Positions 29,601-42,270 of a stretch of 64,000 nucleotides of DNA are shown piece by piece. The DNA lies in NCBI GenBank assembly GCA_002245135.1, contig NGBS01000614.1, positions 1 to 64,000 on the forward strand, given 5' to 3'. A program made the translations under genes and the position numbers. The stretch is from Proteromonas lacertae. Lineage: Eukaryota. The notes under the pieces were generated by a model, which saw only the letters and a list, made by a program, of their open reading frames with translations, did no database searches and was not told the origin of the DNA. The number at the start of each line of letters is the position of its first letter. Within the stretch, counting starts at the first letter, position 1.

Positions 29601-32600
29601 AATATCACATCTAAATTATAATTCTCTACAGCACTTATTAATGGATTACCTAAATTTGGATTATCAATCTTACCAAATGAATAAATGTAATACTTATAAA
29701 CACTTTTATTATTATCATCTGGTGTTAAGTATTTTTCAACAGTTAGATTGTATTGATTTGTAGTACTTTTCAAATACAATTCCAATTCATTGGAAGTTGA
29801 AAAACCATTTGCTCTATTCAGAGTAGCATCCGAATCAATTGCATAAATATATGAATTAGCATACCAAGTATATTTAGGATAAGCTGGTTCACTAAATCCA
29901 TAACTATTATAAGCTAATATTCTCAATGAATATATAGTCTGAGATCTTGTCTGTTGTACAGTAGAAGGTATTGTTAATGTATATAAGTAAGTTGGCTTTC
30001 CATTCTCTAATGATATAACATTCTCACCAACTGTCAGTAATTCATAAGCATATTGCTTCTTATAATTAGCTTCTGTCGCATATTCTAAACTAAATTGAGT
30101 AATATTATCACCACCATCATATTTAGATATATCCCATGAAACTGTAATTGTACTTCTATTAAATGAATTGATTAAGAAATTCTGTGGAATTGAAGGTGGA
30201 ACTTTGGTTGGAGCAACAGAGAATGGGCAAATGATTGCTTCACTCCTTCCTACTGCATTAATAGCAATCACTTTAGCATAATATGGTTTATTAGGTGTTA
30301 AGTTATTATCTGTAATACATTCAGTAGGTATTGCTCCTTTTCTTACTTCTATTACTTCAACAGCTGGATTTGTACCTCTTAATGTACCACCATAAGCTAT
30401 AACTCTAAATATTCTATTATTATCATCACTATTTGGTGTTTCCGTACTGACTAATAGACTTGGCATATCATTAAGTTTGGATGTAAATGTAATAAAGAAT
30501 GAATAACCATATCTTTCTTGTGGCATTTCTGAACTTAATTTGTGGGTTGTTTTTGATACTTCTATTTTACCAATTCCATCTAATTTCTCTATTTCAACCT
30601 TTAACTCTTCTTCAGATATTGATGCTGGTATTTTTAATTCATCATTACTAGAATATCTTAAGTAGAAATATCCATCTAAATCTTCAGAATCAGATGATAT
30701 AAATATCTCTTGAATTTCATATTCAAATGAAATTGTCTTTGATGCAAATGGTAAAATATCACTTCCAATTGTTCCTTCATCAAATGATGGATCTGTTCCT
30801 TTCTTTATTACTTCCACTATAATAGTTGGATCATAACCACTTAAACTATTCTTACCATATTCTAATAATGATTGTGGACCTACATGATTGGAGAATGTAA
30901 TTAAATAACTAATCTGTGATTCTGCAGTTTCTTTAGTGACTATGACATTGCCAATACTTGGTAAATTCTCTAACTCTCTCTTTATTATACTTGCATCACA
31001 ATCATAGGTAATTTCTGATGTTTCATAATCATCAAATTTAAGTGTATAAGTTCCTTTCAATGCATATCTAATGATTAAAGATTGTACTTCATTTTGACCA
31101 CCATTTGAATCCCATTCTACTAAATATTCAGTAACAGGTTCTCCACCATCATATAATGGAAGTGTCCAGTTAATTAACAATGTTGTTGGTAAAATAGCTC
31201 TCATGGTCACACTGTGAGGAGATTCTGGTGGAGTTGAAGTTCTAGTTAATACAGGAACTGCATAATTTGGTTCACTGTATGTATCTCTATAGCCATTGAA
31301 TGAAGAAACTCTGAAACAATAATAAGTACCAGGTATTAAGTTGGATATTGTATATCTTACTGTTATTATATTCTCTTGATGTGGTATAATTATTTCATTT
31401 CTTAATGTACTATCTAAAGATGGTGTATCACCTGGTATAAAAGTTAATTCTATATTTCCATCTTCATTATCTTGAGTTAAAGTAAATCTTGGAATTTTCT
31501 TCACTTGATCTAAAAATACAATTTTATATGCTTTTTCATTATCACTGTAACTCACAGATACATTTCCAACTCCAGTTATATTTTCTAAGTTCTGTTTTAA
31601 TTCCATTGTTGGAACATTTACACTCATATATGGTGTGGATTCTCCTTCATAAGATAACATAAACATCTTACTTTCTGGTTCATTGGTTATGTTAATATAT
31701 AATACTGAAAATCCTTCATATCTCTTAATTATTCTTTCAAATAAATATTGATTTTCAGCAGAAACAATTGGTGTGACAGTCATTGTATCATCGTCTAATA
31801 AATTAGTGTAAAAAGTAATAATCCAATCAAATCCATAATAATCATTAGTGTATCTTTGCACTTTAATTTCACCAACACTTGGTAGTTTTCTCAATTCAGT
31901 TTCTAAATGTTTTGATGATATATCATATTGTAAAGCACCAGTAGTTTGATGTTCAAATGTAATACTAAATGTTGTTTTAGCTAATGTGTTTGTTTCAGAT
32001 GTTGATCTAATTCTAGCGATTTCATATGGACTGAAATAACTATTAGTTGCATTGAATCTATAACCTTCATACAGCATTGCATCATATTGAATTCTAAATG
32101 AAGAAATGGATTTTCCACCATTATCACCAACTGTAAACGATATTTCCATATCTGTTGAAGATATTGGTGTAGTTGTAATATCAAATGGTGATTCAGGTAA
32201 ACCATATGGAACAATAGATACAGGATTAGATAATGTGTATTTAGAATAACCATACTTATTATAAGCATAACCTCTAAAATAATAAGTAATTCCTTTTAAT
32301 AAGTTATGGATAATCACTTTACAAATTCTAATTGAACAATCAATATTGTTAATCAAAATATCTTCACGATTTGGAACTGTAGTGTTATATACACTACTAT
32401 TAAAACCAGGCACAATATCCCATTCTACATTATACTTAGTAATTTCTTCACCACCATTTGATTCTGGCTCTTCTAAGGTGACTAATATTTGACTCTCAGA
32501 TAATACTTCAATTCTGACTGTAGATGGTGAATCAGGTCTTTGTTTAGATGGTGCTAATGACTCTGGTGAACAGATTTGTGAATGACCAAATCCCATTTCA

Positions 32601-35600
32601 TTGTGTGGACTTATTCTTACTGTATATGATACTTCAGTTTGTAAATTCTTGATGATATAATCATTATATTCAGTATTAGCAAATGGAACGAATTTATAAA
32701 CATAAGATAGTGGTAACTTTCCAGTTATTACTTTTGTAACTCCATGAACAACACAACCATTTTCAGTATAAACTGATTGTAAGTTATAGTTATTTACTCC
32801 ATTAATACCTTTAATTGTAATATTATACTTTGTTAAATCATCGCCTTGATATACAAATACTTCTGATATTGTTGGTAATAATTCTAATATCTTTATTAAT
32901 TCTTCAGATGTAACATTACCAGGAATATAATCAGTAATAGATTTCATATATTCTAACCTAAATGAACATCTTTCAACTTTAGCAACATCTAATATATAAG
33001 TATCATAAATATAACTCTCATTAATAGCCCAATATTCTAAACCATAACCATCAATTGGACTTCCATTATCTTCTAAACCAGCTTTCCAACTAACATATAA
33101 TGAGTGAATTGATTCACCAACAGTGATTGTTTCATCACCTACTAATGGTTCTAAGATAATTGAACCTGAGATTAAGACATCTGGAGCAATCATTGGAGCT
33201 TTTGGTTGAGCTGATTCTCTCCATATTCCAGTACCAAAATGATTAGATGCTGCTACTCTTACATAGTATAATTGTCCAGCAATTAATTTGGTTATTTCAT
33301 ATCTATAATAGAATGGTCTTGGTGATTGTTTTATCTCTGTAATATTAATAGTTATTTCTTCAATATTTTCTATTATATTCACTGCAAAATCTGTAGTTGA
33401 CCATTGTATTGTATAGGATATTAAATCATCACCATTATTACCACCTTCACTCTCTAATGGAACTGTATAATCAACATATAAGCTGTTACTACTGGATGGA
33501 ACTAAAGACAAATAAACTCGACCTAATCTTGCTGGTTCTGTTACTGGATAGATTATTAAATAATTATAACCAACACCATGACATAATTCAGTTGTACAAT
33601 TTCTTCCTCTTCCTCTAATTGTTACTGGATATATACGAGTGTATAGTCTTTCACCAGCTACTAAGTCTTTTACAACTATGGAGTTTTCATCACTTGGTAT
33701 TATTGGACAGTCTTTATTATTACATAATTTAAAACCTTCTGGTGTAGAATAATTGGTTATAGTTGAAATTGTTATTCCAAATGCATTGGTTGATAATAAT
33801 TCTGGTTGTTCAAAATGACCAGTAAATGTAACTGTAAATGTAACTTCTGTTTTTGTTTGAGATGATGAAACTTCAACAAAATTAATACTTGATAATTCAT
33901 TTATATATAATTCCATCTTATTTGCAGTAATAGTATCAGTTTTCATAATTCTTGTTTCTACATTCTTATAGAATAGAGTAAAATCAATATTTCCAAGAGA
34001 TGGATCATATTTAATAGTCTGAACTGCAAATGTAGGTTCGGCTTTAACTGGATAATATTCTAACAAATAATATAAAATTGAAGATCCTCCATCATACATT
34101 GGTGGTTCAAATGTAACTTCTACACTGGATGAAGATAATACATTCACTCTAGCATTCTGAACTGATTGAGATTTACTTGGAGCTATTGGAATAAACCAAC
34201 CACTATCTTTAATTGGATAGAAATCATGGAATAATCTTGTTGATGGTATAATTGACTTAGGTTGAGATAAACTCTCCCAGTATAAGTGTATTTCAGCATT
34301 ATTAACGTTTTCTCTATATTTAATCTCAATATCATATAGTTGATTTGCTATTAAGTATATTTCTTTACTTGTTTCTGTAGTTAATCCTTCATGATCATAG
34401 CTATCAATTAATAAAGTATTATTCACATATAATTCAACCCCATCATCATATTTTATTGTAAATGTGTAATTCTCACTAAATGCTGGTTGAATATAACCTA
34501 CCCATTTTATACTAATATAATCTAAACCAGTATCTGTGATTAAACCACTCCATTGGAAATCAATCACTTCATCAACCCTTGTAATTACTGGATCTTTAAA
34601 TAACCATCGATTATTATAATAATAACCTTTCAAACCACCTCTTGTAGTTAAACCAACTGTTAGTGTATAATTACCTGATGGATATGGTGTAAAATAAGAT
34701 GCATAAACAATACCAGGATTCTTATATACATAATCAGGAATAATATAAGATGGTCCAGTCATTCTCATTACGAATTCTTGTGCTAATAAACCTGGTTGAG
34801 TATATTCAGGACATACACTTTTAATAATAATCTTTGCATTATCACCAATCAACATTGTATCATACACTTCCAACTGTTTTGGAGCACCAACTGTATTTAC
34901 AAATGTAATAGTCCATTCATAACATCCTACACATCTACTAATTACTGATGTTTCAATATTAACACTAACTACACTATTGAAGTTCGTTAATTGTTCTACT
35001 AAATCATCACTGGATATATCATATTGTAATAAATCAGTATGTTCATCACCATATTTGATTTGGAATGTACCATATAAACGAGAATAAGAACTTACATAAG
35101 TGGTGATTCTTTGAATGTAATTTCTATTACATGCATCTATTCTAAATCCATTTCCTTGAACTCCTAATATTATTAATGATGAAATATCACCTATTTCTGT
35201 TAAGAATGAGACTGTATATTGTTTTATATTGGCTAAATCTTTATTGATTCTTTCTACTTTAACTCTACCAATTGAATGAATTTCATTTAATGCATTTTCA
35301 ATAACATCTGCCTCTTCAAAGCATTTCAATACTTTTGTCTTTTCACCTAAATAAATCAAAGTATATTCACAAGCCAAATCATCAGAATTTGGTACATTCA
35401 ACAACTGTACTTCGTATAATGGTTCAATAGGAATTAAATTACTATAATTATCTCTTAACTGAATAGTAAAATCAGCTAATTCATTGAATGTTCCAACAGA
35501 TAATCCTTTATTTGATCCATCAATTGTTGTTGTCTTATCAGCATCAGGCAATCCAGCATTAATAGTAACAGTATATGGTGAATAACCTATTGTTTCTCTT

Positions 35601-38600
35601 GTAACTTCTGTAGTTGGTAGATTTGAACCACATTTTAAAGTTGTAGTGATAATATGTAATACTGGAATTGATCCAATAGTATTTTCAAATGATATACCAT
35701 CTTCTGGAGTTTGTGAGATGAATTTCACTAAGAATAAAACATCTTTATCATCTTTATTAACATAATTACTAATTTCTACATTACCAATTGTGATTAATTT
35801 CTCTAAGTTCCTTTTAATATCATCAACTGTAGAATTAACATTCAATACATCAGTTAAATAATCTTTAAATTGTATTCTATATTCACCTTTCAATATATCA
35901 TTATTATTATTATTATTACATCTAAATCCAACTTTTTGCACTTCAGGAATCAATGAATCTTCATGTAAATGTCTGATTATTCCTTTATACAAAACGGTCA
36001 TATTTACTGGAATATCTAATGGAGATTGTGGTTGTAATTCTAAAGTTGGACCATATTGAGATAAGAATGTAATTGTGAATGTTGTTAATGTATTTATCTC
36101 AGTTTGTTTTGTTACTTTTAATTGACCAATAGAATCTAAGGATTCTAATGCTACTTGTAGTTCTATTGCAGTAATATCAAACTTTAATGGTAATGTTTCA
36201 TATCCATTATATCTTACAGTCCATGTTCTTAATGTAGAACGATAATAATAGGATAATTGTTGAACTTCATGTTGGAATGATCTTTGGATTATTACATTAT
36301 ATCTGCCTGTATATTTTGGCATATATTCTACTAAATATTTACCAAATCTATTATATGATAAATTAGATGGGATATAAGTGACATTAGCGATGATTGGTTC
36401 AACTAAATTATGATCAAATTGTGGAGTTAAGACAACTCTATATTCATCTCTTTGCTGATCATCTGTTCTTAAATTACCAACTGAATCTCTTGAATAAATA
36501 GAGAAATTCATCACTGTACCAGCAATTCCTTCAGTTACACCTTCACCAATCACATCTACTGAATTTATATCCGTTTCACTTGGTTTAACTGTAACTGTAA
36601 ATGGACTTCCTTGTATTGTTCTGTTTAAAGTATCTGTTACTTCGACTGTATATTCTCCACTGTATTTTGGTGTAAAATAAATATCATATATTCCAGTATT
36701 TGAACCAATAATATAAATTGGACTTTCACTCACATTCTTATTTCTATAATTACTTTCTAATACAACAGTATTTACAGTAACATCTTTCACTGTAATTATT
36801 TCCTTTTCTAATGATAATAAATCTCCTGTTTTTATAATTGATGTTAAATCTTGAATTGATTCAATAACATTACTTCCTTTGTTAATTGTTGCACAATTTC
36901 TACAAGCCATTTTCCAATCTAATGGAATAATTTCAGTATTGCTAATTGTTATTCTCTCATTTCTGTCATTGTACATATATATATTCACATTGAAGGTGTT
37001 TGTTCCATCATTTATTAACACATTTTCATCATCATCTTCACTCACAACTTGGAATTTAGAAGGCAACATTGAAACAGCATTATCTTCACTTGTGTTATAT
37101 TTAATATAAGAATTTGATGGATTCAAACTACCAGGTAATACTTCCACTCTAAATGGTGAATCAACAATGTTATATAATGTACTACCAGGTGTTGTATCAT
37201 TGACTGGATATATTAAACTAATTGTTAATATATATTCACCACTATGTTGAGGAATATAAACACCATAATATTCACCTATTGTATTTGGTGTAACTGATGT
37301 TAAATCAATTGATTCAATAGTTTGTGTTTTTGTATAATTCAAAGTCACTTTCATTTGATAGGAATTAGTCAAACCATGTAAGACATTATTACCAAATTGA
37401 TCTTTTAAATTGATTGTGAAATATTGTTTCTGATTCACAAATCCAATACTTGAAGCATTGTGATATGTATAAATATGACTTGGATCAGATGGATATATCA
37501 ATACAGTGTCATAATCATGGGTAATAATTGATTCGCCTAATAACTTTACATCAACATGATATAAACCAGTAAATGCAGCTACATATTGTACTAAATAATC
37601 ATTACTATTTTGAATTGGAACTATCCACATAGCTGGCCATTGTAATGCTTCAAATTGTAATTCACCAACTAAACCATGTGGTTCTGCTACTAATCTTTCT
37701 TGAGATCTTCTCAGATCTGGTTCTATTGTGATTGGAACACCATTACAGATATTATCAGTGGTTGAAATTAAGAACTTCACATGGAAATTAGCATAGAATT
37801 GATCAGCTAAAGCAGAACTCTTAATATTATATGGAACAGTGACTTGATAATATTGTTGATAGGTAAATGTAATATTACCACCTGTAGCTCTACAGGAAAA
37901 TGATTCTATCAACTTATCACCTATTGAATAAGGTAAATGGTTAATTAATTTAGTCTCATGGGTTAAAACAACATCAATTGCATCTAAATCAATTATTGGA
38001 TCTCTTTTACCACCATCTTCTCTATCCTCTATCAACGCTAAGTGTAATTCTAATGGTAATGTTGTCTTAGTATCAAATAAGGAAGTATAAGATATCTCAA
38101 AATGATCATTTGAACGTATAATGTATGAAATAGTATACATTCTTTGATATGGAATATTAAAACCACTTCTACTGAGTGATCTACCAATATAATCTTCTTC
38201 TACGGTTAATTCTAACATATTTGGGACTTTATTCAATATATTTTGTAATTCAATTGATGTTATATCGTTTCTAATTGGTGGAGTAATATAATCTCCAAAT
38301 TTCAATGTATAAATACCTGAAACTGGAGATGATCCTTTGATTGTTTCTACTATTTTAATCTCTATTTCTTCTTCTTCTTCTTCTTCATTATTATTATTAT
38401 TGTCTATTATTTTTCCTTCTAATAATGGAACATCACCTGTTCTTGTAATAAATGTAATTTTCCATTCATCACCATTACTTGAACAGATTGTATTTGAATT
38501 ACCTTTTTCTATTATTACTTTACCAAATACCATTCTTTCATTCAATAATTTTCCAAAGTCTTCCAAGCTAATATCACTCTTTACATCAACAAATACATCA

Positions 38601-40703
38601 TCTAATGTAAATCTAATCATTTTAATATTATTATTATTATATTTACAACTAACTGTTTGTACTTCAGAGGTATAATCATCATTATCACTTGGAACATCAA
38701 AATATAAGTGTTGAATAGCTGGATATAATCTGTCATAAGTGTGAATATAAAACTGAATAGCAGTTCCAGCTATACCATCTTTAATACCATCATAGTAAGA
38801 AGCCATTGGTGATAAACTAGAGGTTTTAACTTTAAGATTATTATCAATAACTGGTATTTTATTGCCAAAATAATAAGCATCTATTGTATAATTACCGATT
38901 GCTCTGATATTGTTATATTTTATTGGATATACACCAAATCTATGGACAAATTCAACTTCAATTGTCATTCCATCAGCAACAACTGCTCTTTCAATTGCTT
39001 TAGCATTCCATAGATCTAAATTGGTTAGACAAATAATATCATAAGTAATTAATAATTCATTTTCATTTCTATAAACCTTAACTAGTCTTGGTGGATTGAA
39101 TAAAGATGAGAGTATAATTTCAAGCGATTCAGCTGATATACCATACTGTAAATTAGTTGTTTCAACACCATAATAAAATAATTTAAAGAACAAATCAGAA
39201 GTATCAGCAGATGTAGTAGATATTGTTAATCTATGAATTGCAGTTGTTGTTTTAAATGTATGGTTATTTCCTTTTATTTCAACTTCAAATACATCATTAT
39301 CACCATCAGTACAAGCTATTTCATTGTTTTGACAAGTTAACATTCCATCTCTCAGATTGCCATATTGATCATATGATAATATAGAAATATCTGGTCTAGA
39401 AGCTGATGGATTATCATTGATTCTAATTTGACAACTTGGATAATGAACTACATCAGGATATACTACAATCTCAGGCATTTCTTTAAACTGATAATCATTT
39501 CCATTAATCTTTAATTTCATATTATAATATCCAACTTTATACATTGTATAATAAACAGTATAAGATCCATTCATATGGTCAATACTATTACCCATAATGT
39601 TGTTAACATTATTAGTATCTTTCAAATACACGGTTAATTCAATATTATCACCACCAGTTGTTCTTGGATTGCCAAATACATCATAACTCTCTATAAATAC
39701 ACTTCCTGATTTACCTGCTATTAACTCATAATCTCTAATATTCACTATGTTATGTTTAGGATCAGTTTCATTAGAAGCGACATTGATAAAGAATGGACTA
39801 CACTTATTATTATCACCTAAACCACATTGTATATGATGTTTATTCAATAGTATAGATATCTCATTATAACCAGAATGTGAAGGTGTATATGTTATATTAC
39901 ATATTCCTCCAATATAACATTCAGGAATTAAGGTAATTTGTTGATTGACTATTATCTCATATCTTTCATTCACTTTAGTTGTGATATTATTACCTTCATG
40001 ATCTTTATTCTGTACTTCTATAACTAAACTTTCTCCAATGTTAATATCTTTAATACCATAAGCAGTAGAATGAATATAACTTGTATCACCTGGAATTATA
40101 TTCAGTATGGAAGGACTATTTTGTATTTCTCTCTTAATATATAAAGCAGTGGATGGTATTATTTGTTTAGATAAAAATTGACTCTTCCATGATAGATTAA
40201 TAAATCCATCATCATTATTCTTAACATATTCAATTCTAATATCATAAAATTCACCTTTTATTAACTGTATATCATACCATCCTTCAGTTCCATTAACTTC
40301 AGTGTTATTATATATATCAATACATAGTATATGATCTATATACATCCTACAACCATTCTTACAGTTTAATATTAATGTATATTTACCACTTATTGGTGGA
40401 GTAAGCATTCCATTCCATCTAATAGTGATATCTTTAGTACCAAATGGTGGAATAACAATATCAGATTTTTCCCATTGAAAATCAATAGTTGAATTCTCTA
40501 CTGTTTGACTTACATCACTGAAGTATAAATTATTATAATATTCACCTGATAATCCACCTTGTTCTAATAGATTAACTACTGTTTTATATTCACCAACTGT
40601 ATCTATACGATAATTAATAATATAATAAGGTGAGGTTTGAACAGATCGTGTATTAACTTCATTATTATAAACATATCTACCTTTACCTAAGTGTTTAATC
40701 CAT

Positions 40704-40761
<58 letters not shown>

Positions 40762-42142
40762 ATTCACCATAAAATACAGCATTATTACTGTATGGTAAAT
40801 AATGTTGGATTGTTTCATTATCACTGTTCTTTGGTTGGATTAATATTTCATTCAATTTGCCTTTCACATAGACAATAATCTTTGGAATTCCATTTTCTAG
40901 TTGGTTTGATTGAATAACTAATTTTGGAACTACTTCTTGATTATAGAATGTAACTGTCCAAATGATTTGTCTCTGAGTTTGGATTTTATTTACTTCTACA
41001 TTTAACTTATGTTCATTGTTCATCATTAATTCATTCAATGCATTCTTCATTTGTTCATTATCATAACTTGGTAATATTTTGATATTATTCAAACCATCTT
41101 TACCTGCTGAAATGTAGAAGAATCCTCTTAATTGAGTAGTTATATCAATTAATATTCTTTGCTGTTCATATATCTGTCCTGTTGTGCCTTCTTGAATGGA
41201 ATTACCAATTATTGAACTATACTCAGCATCAGCTGTATACTTGGTAATATTTGGTTCAACTGATGGTTCTAATGTAGTATCTGGTGTTGGTGTTTCTGTT
41301 GATGATGAATCCAACGTAACTGTAATTGGATCACTTAATACATAATCACCTCTTCCAATTCCATCAAATAATGATAATTTGAACATATATACCTCATCAA
41401 TTGTTAAATCATCAAATACAAAAGAATTTGTAGTTGATTCTTTATTTATACTAAGAATCAAAGGTGGAAGTTTTAAAAATCCTGGAATTATTCCCTTTTT
41501 CACTTCTTTTACTGATAAATATGGCTTCCATGCTGTTGATGATTGGTCTATCTCTAAATAAGGTACATCTCCTAATACAACAGGGAAGGTAATGGTGAAT
41601 TTTAAGAAGGATTTTGGATCATCATCAAATGATACCTTTGTTTCTCTTCCAAATGCTTTACGTAGAATAATGAGAAGATCTTCATGGTTGATACCTACTT
41701 CAAATTCTTCAGTTATGTTTTTATTCAAACGTAATCTGATTCTTTGCTTAAGATGTTCTTCTCTTGTCATAGAATCATCTTCTTCAGTGTCAGTACCTTC
41801 TGACTCATCTGTTGGAGGAGCAACTGATCCTGCAAGTTCAATACCACCAGTAAGTTGTACTGTAGGCTTCTTGGTGTTTTCTTCTTTACGATCTGATATC
41901 TCTACCGATTGAACTTCTGCACTTCCTAGTTCGTTAGTCTTCTCAATCATAAGGAAGTTATATCTACCCTTTGCCTCCTCAGTAATATGTGTCCACTCAA
42001 CCTCAACTTGTCCCCCTGCTAATAACTTCGTAGACACATTAGTAAATGTCTCTAAGCAAAAAATATAAAAAGATAATTCCATACCTTGTCCGCTTACCCC
42101 AAGAAACATCAATAATAACAAAGCGAGCTTTGTTAAAGACAT
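5648..42142 (-). CDS. Giant (~12,100 aa) secreted multidomain protein: signal peptide, 2 PA14, filamin/Ig-like repeats, many FN3 domains and EVQ-type repeats
   Basis: Seven consecutive same-strand ORFs share one repeat vocabulary and join through introns 42052-42084 and 6385-6419 plus single-base frame shifts at 10.3-15.9 kb. N-terminus is MSLTKLALLLLMFLGVSG. FN3 signatures (W.PP..DGG..I..Y.IEW; L..G..YY.RV.A.N..G) run from about 34.2 kb to 5.7 kb. No C-terminal TM segment seen. Confidence 0.85.
34240..34640 (-). other. PA14 domain 2 of the giant protein
   Basis: GGLKGYYYNNRWLFKDPVITRVDEVIDFQW...SIKWVGYIQP...YTFTIKYDDGVELYVNN...YDIEIKYRE...LYWES; retains the DDG motif typical of PA14. Confidence 0.85.
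40150..40560 (-). other. PA14 domain 1 of the giant protein
   Basis: GGLSGEYYNNLYFS...IDFQW...IRWNGMLTPPISGKYTL...KNGCRMYID...YDIRIEY...LSWKS; KNG replaces DDG. Confidence 0.8.
40706..40756. repeat. (ATT)17 microsatellite encoding poly-Asn in the giant protein
   Basis: Perfect ATT run read as AAT codons on the minus strand. Shorter poly-Asn runs occur elsewhere in the window. Confidence 0.95.
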
Positions 42143-42270
42143 TGACTATACGAGTATAATTTTAAATGGATTATACCTTAAGAAAAATAGAATTTCAATC
42201 AAGTCAAAAAATCCGTTGTTGACAGTATTTAAGTCATTTTGACATTTTAATTACATTTGCTTTTTTCTTA
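42143..42270. promoter_or_regulatory. Putative 128-bp bidirectional promoter between the giant gene and the USP gene
   Basis: Head-to-head start codons at 42142 (-) and 42271 (+). Contains CCGTT 42213-42217, TGACAG 42220-42225 and TGACA 42240-42244. Confidence 0.55.

Noticed and set aside
5889..41912. Numerous short plus-strand and alternate-frame ORFs within the giant gene
   Set aside because: They are shadow ORFs arising from codon bias of the real gene and show no recognisable motifs.
5648..42142. Calling the giant protein titin
   Set aside because: It has a signal peptide and PA14 domains, with no kinase or I-set pattern recognised. The resemblance is limited to size and FN3 content.
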